Origin: Marsupella aquatica
Taxonomy: Eukaryota; Plantae; Marchantiophyta
Assembly (NCBI GenBank): GCA_973895155.1
Contig: OZ316893.1
Coordinates: forward strand, 27,290,210 to 27,354,209
Direction: 5' to 3'
DNA length: 64,000 bases
In this document: piece after piece, positions 50,274 to 61,800 of the stretch
Layout of the letters: every line of letters begins with the position of its first letter
Numbering within the stretch: the first letter of the stretch is position 1
Notes under the pieces: model-generated
The model's database searches: none
Seen by the model: only the letters and a program-made list of their open reading frames with translations
What the model was told of the DNA's origin: nothing
Made by a program: the position numbers and the translations under genes

Positions 50274-53200
50274 AGATTATATATGTTATTGATCACTTAT
50301 TCATTACTCAGAGTGAGACTTAGATTGGATTCTTTGACCTTCATTACCTCATGCACTATTGGGAACACATTGTCTAATTTGGGGATGACCTTATCTAATA
50401 TTGATGTCTTGCATAGGATGGTCCAAATATAACACCTACACCTCATCCATCGATGATGACGGAGTCAGCCCGTTCGTTCCACATGCGAGCCACATTATCT
50501 TTTTCTGACGACGAAGATGTTGAGAGTGATCATGTGCATGAGGACGAGGATGTGGACGAGGATGTGAATGAGTACCATGATGCACATGATGACGATTTTG
50601 ATGAAGATGTAGAGGATGATATGGATGCACCTATTCTTGAAGAGGATGCTTTTGCGCACCTTGTGGACATCCACTTTGGACCTCATGTACCTGAGGGTGA
50701 CCCTCCTGTCATGGAACTAGACGAAGATGATTGGGACCAATTGGAAACTGAATCCAGGACTCCGCTATTCCAGGGTTCCCTGACCTCACGGTACATTTCT
50801 CTGAGGTGCTATTATAGTTTTTCTACTGTAATGTTGCTTAAGGGTGTGCATAAACCCTAAGTCCCCAATTGGACCATCCTCAATGGCATGCCTTAAACTA
50901 ATTAAAAAGCTGGTTTCTTTGTGGTTTTCAATGCAAATGCAGGTTGGGAGCCACACTCTTGATGTTGAATTTACAGGGGGTTTTCAATGGATCAGATGTC
51001 CATATAGATGCACTCTTTGCGTTGTTCCACAACAAACTCTTGCCTCAACCTAACAACCTTCCAGGAAGTGTGAGGGAGGCTAAGAAGTTGTTATCATCTA
51101 TCGGACTGGCGTTAGAGACTATACATATGTGCCCTCATGGGTGCATCTTGTATAGAGGACCGTACTTGGACCTCACCCATTGCCCAATTGAGCGATGTGG
51201 CCTTCCACGGTATCGTCCTGATACCATTGGAGACAAGATTGCTGAGAAGGTAATGACATCCTCTCTGTACCACATCTGTATTTTAGTAATTTTTGACGTA
51301 CTTTATGGCGTTTTGTGTCCCTTAACGTTGCCCTCATGAGTAGTATGTCTTTCAACTAGAAGTAAATAACCCTAACGTCTCCCTTGTGATTTTTACGTCT
51401 TTCCATACGACGTTTTTTAGTCCAACATCGATTTTTGCAACGTAAAAGTTTAGAGAACGTAGATCTGCTCAACATGAAACTATAACGTCGTTCTGGACAA
51501 CGTTCACTTTTAGGATACGTAGTTATGTTCAATATAGAAGTAATACGTCGTATTGAACATCGTAAAGATTTTTGGAACGTAGTTATCGTCAACGTATTTG
51601 TGATGTTAATGACGAAATGCCGCCTCATGGTTGTTGTACATTCAGGTACTGAGGTATTTTCCAATCACACCCCGATTGCAGCATCTATACCGACGAAGAC
51701 ACCTATCCTCCCTACAGACTTGGCATGCCGAGACCAAATCCCCAGCAGGGATAATGCGGTATCACCAAGATAGTCCAGCATGGAAGCACATTGATGCCAC
51801 ATGGCCAGATTTTGCTGCAGAGCCACGGAACGTTCGGTTGGGGTTGGCCATAGATGGGGTAAACCCATACAAGCAGCGACGGAAACCAAAGTCCATTTGG
51901 CCAGTTCTTTTGATAAATCAGAACATCCCTCCATGGTTGGCGATGAAAAAAGGTCATGTTCTCCTCCTAGCTATCATTCCCGGTCCCGAGGCTTGCAAGA
52001 ATCCAGATGTTTGCTTGGCCCCAGCTTATGAAGAGCTACATGACTTGTGGGAAATTGGGGCTCCAACAACAGATGTCACCCGTGCACCGGACAATGGGAG
52101 GACATTCAACATGAGAGTCATGATCACCCATTGCACCACTGATGGGCCCGGTAATTCAAAAACCTTACAAAATGTGATTATATTGTGCTAAATGACTTTA
52201 TGTCTTCATTTGGCTTCTTTTATTGTGGGAATATGATGGGGTTTCCTTGGCAGGCATGGGCACAATATCAGGCTTGAAGGTGGCTGGGTACTCAGGTTGC
52301 CCTTCATGTGGCCCTGAGTTGCATGGGAGGTACTCAGTACTATTGCACAAAACCACATATGAGGGCAGCAGGATGAGATTGTCAATGGATGACCCCATGC
52401 GATGTAACACAAGACATTGGGCACAGACTGAGTTAAGACCATGTCCTAATGCGCCTTCAGCAGAAGCTCAAATTCAAATGGCAGAGATGGTGGAGGCTAA
52501 GCTGCTGAAACCCAAAGATTGTGGAGTAAACCGACGCTCAGCATTGTGGGACTTGCCTTATTGGAGGGTAGGTACAATACACCTATCAAATGTTGTGTAT
52601 AGATTTTTGCATCAACTCTCATAATGCTAGAGTTTTTCACTTGATTACCATGTTGTGCAAGCAGATGCTCAAGATCCGGTGGCTACTGGACCCCATGCAC
52701 ATTGAAGTGAATGTCGCAAAGAATTTGGTGAAGCACATATATGGTGAGAATGATACTTGTGGAGTTCGTGTGGATGCAAAGAATGTAGGAGTTGTGAAGA
52801 GCTGTTGGATATCAGGTACATGATAAAACATCGATCAACCCTTAATTTGTAAGAAGTTGCCCGGATTTGCCTGAAACCCCAAACCCTAACAAGTTGATTC
52901 TCTTTAATTATTGGACAGCACGTACTGGGGTGACACCACCAGCCCCTTGGATTTTGCCTCGAGACATTCTGAAGGATGTGAATGGGATGATTTGTGAGAT
53001 GAAGTTCCCGAGCCATTACGGAGCTGGATTCCGTGGGTGCACAACGAGGAATGAGTACATCCCCCCGATAGGGTTGAAGTCCCATGATTATCACAAGTTG
53101 ATACAGCATGTGCTCCCTGCAGTGTTGCGTTGTTGCGATGATTCTAGAGAGTGCCACCTACTCCGACTCACAGTGTACGAGTTGTGCTCCATTTTCAGGT

Positions 53201-54705
53201 TGGAAATATCTTACTCGTGGATTTTGTGGTGTTATGGGACCATAAATTTATGGTGTCTCAAACGACATTCTAGAGAGGATACGTAGTCTCTTAATACTTT
53301 ACGTCATCTATAACTAGGTAATGTAAAAATACGACTCCACATACGACGTATTCAAGGTCGTATAAGTCACCCCTCTTCAGGAACGTCCTGCAGAGCGATG
53401 TTTGTAGGAATCTTAGTAGAGGGAATGTTAGTAGGCATTGAATTGGTAACCATCTTAGCCCACTTTCAGATTGGGCGGTGATATTTATTCCTGTCATGTT
53501 TTTGAGTGCCTCATAGGTGGGTATGTGCCAAGGAGATCAAGGAGTCAGAGATTCCTTTGATGAGGGAGAGGACGGCGCAAGTGATGTGCAATTTGGAGCG
53601 AGTGTTCCCCCCAGCACTGTTTGACATGCAAATGCATTTGCTATGTCACCTGGTGGATGAAGTTGCCATTGCAGGCCCAGTCCATGCCCGATGGATGTAT
53701 TGGGTTGAGCGATATATGAAGGTGCTCAAGGGTTGGGTGCGTCAACCCGCTCGACCTGAGGGAAGTATGGCAACAGGGTTCATTATGTCAGAGTGTCTTT
53801 TCTATTCCGGGGGGTGATAGGGAGTTTGGATAGCAAAGCTCCCACAACTTGGGAAGAGGCACAAGATGATGACAATGGTGGGCTGCGATTGATGGGTGCG
53901 GCCAAGAAGCGATCATTGGATGATGACATCTTTCGTCGACAGATCCATAATTATGTGTTGGGGAATCGACCGGAGATGTCTGATTGGAGGGAGATGTATA
54001 GGTATGGTACTCTAAAATTTTAATCGATTGTGAATTGGATTTGAGAAGGCTGCAAATCTCTAACAATCTTGTGACAACGTATTTGGCAGTGCATGGTTGG
54101 AGCTTCAAGTGGGAGTTGCGCAAGCAGGTCATGGCATTGCATCATTTCGTGTCTGGGCTTTGGAGCGCATGGAGAGGCTCTTGGCTGTGCATGGGTCTAC
54201 ATCCATTCCCATTGATGTACAAAACATCATTAGAGGGCCAGGGATGCGGGCCACGACTCATACACACATGTATGAGTCAGGGCATCACTTTCGGACTTGG
54301 AGGACAGACCATATGAAGAAGAGTACTTGTAACTCTGGAATCTTCATGATGACTGATGTAGATGATGTAGAGGTTCCTTATTGTGGGACAGTTGTGGACA
54401 TTTTAGATGTTCATTTTGGGTCATTTGTCACCACTGTACTAGAGGTGAGGTGGCACAAGTCGATCATGTCACCCCCAGCGAGAGCTACAATGGTTGCGGA
54501 TGAGTGTGGTTTTTATCGCGTGGACACAACCCGAGTTGCACCCACAGGGACTGAGTTTAGTGACACCATAGTTTTTCCTAGCCAAGTGGATCAGTGCATT
54601 ATGGTTCCGATGCAGACCATGAGAGGATGGTCCATTGTCATACCAATTTTCCCTCGGCGAAGGAAGGGCTTCATGGCATCTATCCTTGCAGACGATGCGG
54701 ACTGA
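48790..54705 (+). pseudogene. CACTA-3 TnpD transposase; exons 48790-49308, 50417-50790, 50943-51249, 51646-52150, 52254-52567, 52665-52815, 52919-53198, 53517-54001, 54090-54705
   Basis: All GT-AG junctions are phase-compatible. Motifs HMCPHGCILY, RNVRLGLAIDG, DPMHIEVN, LKSHDYH and WMYWVERYM. One apparent frameshift lies in the G-run at ~53809-53814, which could be a sequencing error. Confidence 0.88.
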
Positions 54706-55341
54706 CACTATCCTTCACACTCTCCATTTATATGTATTGGCTATGCCCACCTTCCACATATATATTGACATATGTTTCGACGTTTGAGATCTGGCAAACT
54801 GGAGGGAGAGTTGTGCAAAGTTTCTTCTTTCCTCACTTTATAGCTAAGAACACATTAAAAAGCATTAAACCTCGGCCTTCGAACAACCTTCAATGGGTCC
54901 TAGCACGTAAACCCTTATCACGTAGGCCAATTGACACTTCGAACTTATTAACGTCAACTTCAACGTCATTAGACAATCAAAGGTCCCTTATACCCATAAT
55001 GAAGACGTTAATCTATAGTTACGTCGTAGATACGTTGTACAAACAACGTATACATAGTACGTCCTTGGTTTACCTCGTAGTAGACGACGTAGATTGTGTT
55101 ACCGTGTCTTAAACGACGTAAACGTTTATTTAACCATTCTTCTGATGACGTTCAAAGTTTCAATCGACGTTACTCACAAAACACATTACAAATATAAATT
55201 GCCTGGGAGGGACTTTTTATTCATGCGCTCAGAAACATACAACGTGCACATAAGGCATGAGTCTGACTCCAGTCTAAACTGATTCCAATCCTAGGCAAAT
55301 GATGCTCCTCCGTCTCCAGCTGACCTTGGCACTAGTGTAGC

Positions 55342-55809
55342 TTAAGGGGTCCCTTCACCAGACCAGTAGTACTCCTCATCTGCCTTCCTCTTTTTGTACG
55401 AATCACGCCTATTGCTGGCGTTCCATTTCTTGCGGACCACTGCTTCACCAACCTTCAGCCTTTCAGCCTCAATCTCAGCTGCACAGCTTTCCTTGTAGTC
55501 ATACATCACAATATCAAGTTCAGTCGGTGACAATTGACATTTAGCCAACTTTGGTGGACAAGCCTCACCATCATCATCCTTGGGCGTATCGTCCAGCATC
55601 AAATCGTCCCCTGGATGCAGCAAAAACTCTTCTGGGTCCAACTCCTTATTGCCCAGAATGGAGTACTGTACCCAACAAATCGAGATGAAATGCACGGACT
55701 CTGCAAAGTGCTCGATCAATCCAGGATAGTCACTGAAGTGCTCTGTGACTTGTTTCCAGGTATTGGCAAGCAAGTATTTCGTCTTTGAGTTACAAAACTT
55801 GTCTATCAC
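55342..55809 (-). CDS. Extra ORF of unknown function inside CACTA-3, convergent with the transposase
   Basis: 155-aa open frame with protein-like composition and a basic C-terminal cluster. No domain recognised; the start is uncertain. Confidence 0.4.
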   Translation of the reverse strand: MIDKFCNSKTKYLLANTWKQVTEHFSDYPGLIEHFAESVHFISICWVQYSILGNKELDPEEFLLHPGDDLMLDDTPKDDDGEACPPKLAKCQLSPTELDIVMYDYKESCAAEIEAERLKVGEAVVRKKWNASNRRDSYKKRKADEEYYWSGEGTP

Positions 55810-56714
55810 ACCTCCACGACAAAAAAGCCACGAACAGTCTTGTCTTCTTCACCTAGCGGAAGAAAACAACAGTGGACATCCTTGAATATCTTACGTACCA
55901 TAGCTGAAGACTTTCAATCTCACTCTGCAAATTCTGTGCACTATCGTACCCGTAGGACATCTGAAATCACGAATGACCTGTGCAGTGAGGTCCCAGTAGC
56001 CTTGCCCCAAAAACTCCCGCGAAAAACCTTACGCATGCCAATTGGATTCCATTAACGTCGTTTCCCACATTGGTCATATACGTCTAACATCGCCCAACAT
56101 CCATTATACGTCATCATAGCATAGTATCCGTTATAGCCACGTCTGAAACAACGTACATCTATACGTCGACCCAACCCTATTCTGCTACACCGTCTGGGAC
56201 GACGTCTACATGTTTGCCTCGTTATAAAAGACGTAAATAGCCCTATTGGGAGATACGTTAAATTAAAGACCCTCTAGACGACGTAAAATGGGAAGGAAAG
56301 TCAAATGGGTAAACCCATTTTGGGTTACGATGTAGAGGGAGATGTACTGGGGAGTAACGTCGTGTCACATGACGCGAAAGGAAGTCACGACGTAGTGAAA
56401 TGTAGTTGTGTATGTTGTGATGCTAGTAAGAATTTTCATCTTGTGAGGAAGAACTAACTATCCTCTGTTGGTGTTGGATTTCAGTAGTGCAGGAGTACGT
56501 ACAATAGGGTGAGCAATTGTGTACATTGGCATGCTGAGGAGGAGGTTCTGGCCTGTCGGCATGGGGAATCTCAGCTTGGAAGGAAGCAAAAATAGAAGTC
56601 AGTTTGGCTAACCTAACTATTCTATCTAACCCGTGGCCTCGAGCTAAGCTGCTATCTTTTGTTTGTGTCCGTTGTCCGTTGCTGTGGGTTTGGTCTAACC
56701 CAAATCCGAATCCA

Positions 56715-56860
56715 CTAGCTAGCCACTATCCTCTATCCGTATATGTATGTGCTAGCCTCTATCCGTATCCGTATTAGCAGCTAGCCTCTATCCGGATCCA
56801 CTAACCTCTAGCTGCTATCCGTATTTGATCAGCTAACCTCTATGCTATCCGTATCTGCTA
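56715..56860. repeat. Short degenerate minisatellite (GCTAGCCTCTATCCGTAT)
   Basis: Several visible copies. Confidence 0.7.
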
Positions 56861-58878
56861 ATTCGGGGTACACACTAACCGCGCCATCACACTAATCAAC
56901 TAAGTTCTATCTTTGTTAATACACCTCTATTTTGAGAGTGTTTTGTATTGATTTTATTTGCCTCAATGAGATCTTTCCAATGCTCTTTACAGATCCAAAT
57001 TTGCTAACGTGTTGAAAGGATATGGATGCCAACCACCCGCGGCATAGCTTCTTACTTCCCTAACACACTAAGACTAACCTATGAACCACTAACCCAAGTA
57101 ACAAAATGAAGCTACACACCCAAGACATTCAGATTTCATCATGAGAACAATCACCATACCACACCACTTCCTATTTAGTTGTGGAGACTCACTTCCCCAA
57201 ATTACCACGTCTGCCTCTATGCAAGCATCTTGAAGAGCCTCCATACTCCATCTTGCTTGTCAATGTACAAGAAGGTATTAATGGTTGAGGAGATGAATCC
57301 TCTCTTCCCCAACTGCTCCTTTGTGGCCTTGACACCATCTATCTCAATTGAATCTGCCTTGGTTGTGTAGTCTTCAAGCTGAAATACCTCTATCCCTACT
57401 CTTAACGCCATGATTGCCCTTATTCTTGTCATCTTGCTAATTGTTATAAGGTTATTGCATTATCAATACCTACTCATTACATACAACACCCTAGTTAATC
57501 ATATTATAGAATAAGGGCCATGTCATCAGCGTCACACAATGACAATGCTATGATTGAACTTGCCAATCAAAACTCTGTTCAAGCTTTGAAGAGAAGGGTT
57601 GCAATGCATGTGGAGCTGGCCAAGACATTGTCTCATTGACACTTGCGTGAACAGTGCTTTGATGATGACACAGACTCTTCGAGCGATGCTAAAGAATGAT
57701 TCTAGCAATTTTTAAAATTCTGTTAGGTCAATGCCCTATGTTTGTGGAAGCCATTTTTGTTAGGTCTAGTTGTCTGTGGTCTTTTGTCCACATAAACTGC
57801 TGGTCATTTCTAGTGGGAGCTTTGCTGGAACTCAGCATTGTATGATTTAGTGAAAATTTGTAATGAACAATGTTGACTTTTTATATTACTCAATTATTTG
57901 TGCAATTGTCTTCTTTCAGTGCACGACAATGAACAAAGTCAAAATGGAAATTGTGCAAAGTACTCAATCTCAGTCAAAATCCACAGCAATAATCATTGAA
58001 AGCTGAAATTAGAAAGCAAAACGCAGTCCTGAAAGGCTCCCATTCTCAAAGTCAAAATTAACCATACAAAAAGCTTTGAGAATAGAATACTTTTGTCAAT
58101 TCTTGAAGTCTAGGTTGGAAATGAAAACTAGTTTTTGGGCTACTGGGTTGATTTTGCCTATGCTTTGCTATTGCAATTTAAGTAGACAAGATTGCATGAA
58201 TTAATTTTGTTGTAGTTATACAATCATGTGAAAAACAATGAAAATGCAGTTTTGAAAAGCACCTATTCATGAAGTCAAAATTGACAAGGAATAATCCATT
58301 GAAACATGAAATTGAAGCTCAAATATAGTTTAGAACAAAGATGAGTAAATTCTCACCATTCTGTACACATTGTGCAATTCTACAACAAAATTGAATGATA
58401 CAACTGTCTACCATAATTGGTCCAGGCAAAATGTGAGAGCTTCTAGGGAGTCAAGCTTTTTGATATTGAATGTCGAACTCACTTGTCTATAGAATGAAAC
58501 CTATTAAATCAGCCTATTCATTAAAAGTGTATTTTCTTTTGTTCACAAATCAGTCCTGAAATGTACACTTTTATGTCCCCAAATGTACACTTTACGAAGC
58601 CCAAATGTACATTTTTTGATACCTAAATGTACACTTTATAGGCCAAATCTTATTAGTATTATATTAATTATAATATTATTATATTACTTATTAGTTCACA
58701 AAGAACCATGGGATAGAGATCATACTTGTAAAAACATTTCCGCACAAAGAAGCCCAGGCAAGGACCATTGATTGATAATGTGTTAAAAAATTATATACAA
58801 TTGTGTCCAAACTTACAATGAATATCCAGGGCTGGCACCCATTTTTACTATCTAATGGGCTTAACATGAGTCAGATCT

Positions 58879-61800
58879 CTAAACAAAGTGCTCCTTACAA
58901 TATTTATTTGAGCACGTGCCTTTGTCTCCTTTACTATCTACCCTAATGTCACGGTTGCAACTCCCTTTATCTTCAGGGAGATGAAATTTGGTGGTGTTGT
59001 TCCTAACTGCTATAATCTCCCACAAAAAGTGTCTGGGATTTTCTCTATACAGACCTGAATATTCCCGTCCTACAAATGATCTAGCAAGTGAGGTGACAAG
59101 TGCATCGTCAAGTTCCACCTCAGGACATAAGCTACATATACGGTGCTTCACAGCCCAAGGAATCTCATTGCTATTGAGGTCCAGCACACTATGCCTATAT
59201 TGTGACTTCCAAATTTTTGCTGCACATCTCTTACTAAGTTGATCATAAGTAATCTCATTTTTTGCCTTGTCTCTCTTAATGTGCAATAGAGACCACTTTG
59301 GAGAGTTTAGGAGAAGATAACAACGAATGTCACTTGCATGTGACAGTTTCTCAAGACATGGCCAAAGAATTGTTAGAAGAAAATTGTCTCCACGATTGGC
59401 ATGCGTGTAGGGCAATGGAAATAGTCCGGTCATGTCTGGGTTGGCAAATGCCTTCAAGGGGGAGTCATCCACAAGGAGTGTGTTGGTTTCATCATATAGA
59501 TTTCCAAATGCACTCCATACCACCCGAAAATCCTTCAATAGCACATTTGCCTTTCCATTTGTAATGTCACGCCTTTGAATGCCTGTGTCAAAGGCTTCCA
59601 CCTGTGTGAATACAAACTTCAGTTTCAACCGCTCCTCAACAGTGAACATCATGTTCAACATTTTCACTATTTGCGGCATCCCAGCACATGTCCAAATTGC
59701 AACGTCAAACCGGTCAAAAACCAACTTTAGAAACTCATGGAGCCCTGGCCTCTCTGTATACATGCGACTAGTTCCATTTGATCTATCCCAATGCACTCCA
59801 TTTGGGGTCACAATGTTTCTAGATTTGCCCTTGCTTTGGAATTCAAGAGAATCCCAAAGTATTTTGTTAAGATCCAAAATCAGCAACTTCCGCTTGATGG
59901 GACAAGGTCTCGATTCTACAAGTGCAACAAATACAACTCTTAGAAGAAAACCAAATTTGAACTTTGGACTGAGATTGTCTCAGTCCAAAATTTACAAGAT
60001 TACTAACAACAAAGAAACCCTGGGCCCTCAGCGTTACTAATACAGGGAGGACGTGCGAACAACGCAAGGGTATTTTTAATGTAATACAAAAAAAAATTTA
60101 TAATAAGTTTTAAAGTAGGCAACATCCCTGTATATATATTCATCACAATATTAGTAATAAGGCTCTTATCAAATACATGTCACATTATTCTTACGCAAGG
60201 GTACCCAAAATGCCAAGTACACACGTCACTATATGGTTGAGACACATAGTTATAGTCATCACCTCATTTGCACACGTGTTCATATAGTAAATCAGACATT
60301 TAATTATTTGTTGTCTTAAGGCAAGTTTAGTTTTGTGGGACCCTTTATGGTGGGACAAATGGTTTTGGGTAGACATGTTTACCCACATGTTTAGGAGTTA
60401 AGTCAGGAGTTGAGTAAATGTTGGGAATCTGGGATTCATGGGGATTCATGGATCAACCCCACATGGACGGACAAGATTACTTTTGAATTCTCTTGAATCA
60501 AACAACCAGGTATGAGGCTAGATGTGTTTGTGTGTGTAGGGGGGTATCGGGTACTCAACCAATGTTTGTTATAGTTGGTTCAGACTTTGGAGTATTATTC
60601 CTCAATTATACATATAGTACTCATGAAACTAGAAGTTTAGAGGCATTGTTGCGAACACTAAGAGGAGAGTGCATGCCTGTTTGTATACTATAGGAAGAAC
60701 TATTCTTGTAGTGTATTAATTTTGTTCATCTATATAAAATATGTATCCTGAACATTGGGCGTAACAGCCATACAAGTCCCCTATGCAGACTCATCTATTT
60801 TAGTATGATATTTGCAATTTTCAAAATTCAAGGGTGTTTTCAATTCCTTGAAAAACTCTATTATAATTTACAAAAGGATAAAATTTAATAGGAAAAGTTA
60901 ATATTTTTACATTAACAAGGAGATTTTTTTTGTGAACAAAAATATTAAGAAGGGGTACACGGGGGGTGTATGTTCTCAGGGGGGTTCACTTAATATAGTA
61001 AGAGTGAGGGCCCAGGGCAAAGAAAACCTACATACCATTTTTAGAAGCCCCAAAGAGCGTAGGTGGATATCGAGGCTCTAATTGTTGACCGTATTCTGTG
61101 AGACCGAGAAGTATTTTAGATTGGTATGAAAAAATGGAAAGTCAGACGGTTTGATCTTAGTCTGAAAAAAGAGATCCGTATTCATCAATAATGTCAACAC
61201 CCAGCTCCTCTTGGATTTCAAAATTGACATCTGAAGTACTTTGTTCTACCCAATAAGGTGACATCCAAACAGGAGTTATCAATCCCAATTCTCCTCTCTT
61301 ATACTCCTTCCTGTTAAGAATCGATGGAGCAGCATCCAATGAAACTTCTTGGCCTCTATTTGGCCCACTTTTCCACATGTAACATCGTGCATCACGTTCA
61401 AGTGACCTCCATCCGGTTGATCCAACTCTATTCCCTTTTTTCTTTGAGAGAGGAAGGACAACTGGACTTCCCGAGTGTGAACAAACAAAAACCAATTTGT
61501 CATCAGAAGCTGAAAAGAGTGTGTTAGGACAAATTGAAGCACCTGCCTGGTTGTCAACAGTCGCTGATGCACGGGCTTCTGGGGTCATGGGAATCTCACG
61601 TACTTCGAAAGCCGTCCCGGGAATCAATTCTTGGGTGTCAGCTTCATTCGAATCGACCTGCCTGTTTCCACCGTCAGTGACCAAATTGGTTGACAAACGA
61701 TTTTGAAATGTATCAATGTCAATCGGTTCTCCGTTCATTTCTCGTTGCACCACATTTGGATTGAGACCATCCTTGTCCAAGTTGTCATCAACCTCAACTT

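Larger units (their letters stand above)
45358..56410. mobile_element. CACTA/EnSpm transposon CACTA-3 (11.05 kb) with CACAA termini
   Basis: 13-bp TIR CACAACTACATTT / AAATGTAGTTGTG, 3-bp TSD TAT on both sides, ACGT-rich subterminal regions, and divergent TnpA/TnpD-like genes. Confidence 0.95.
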
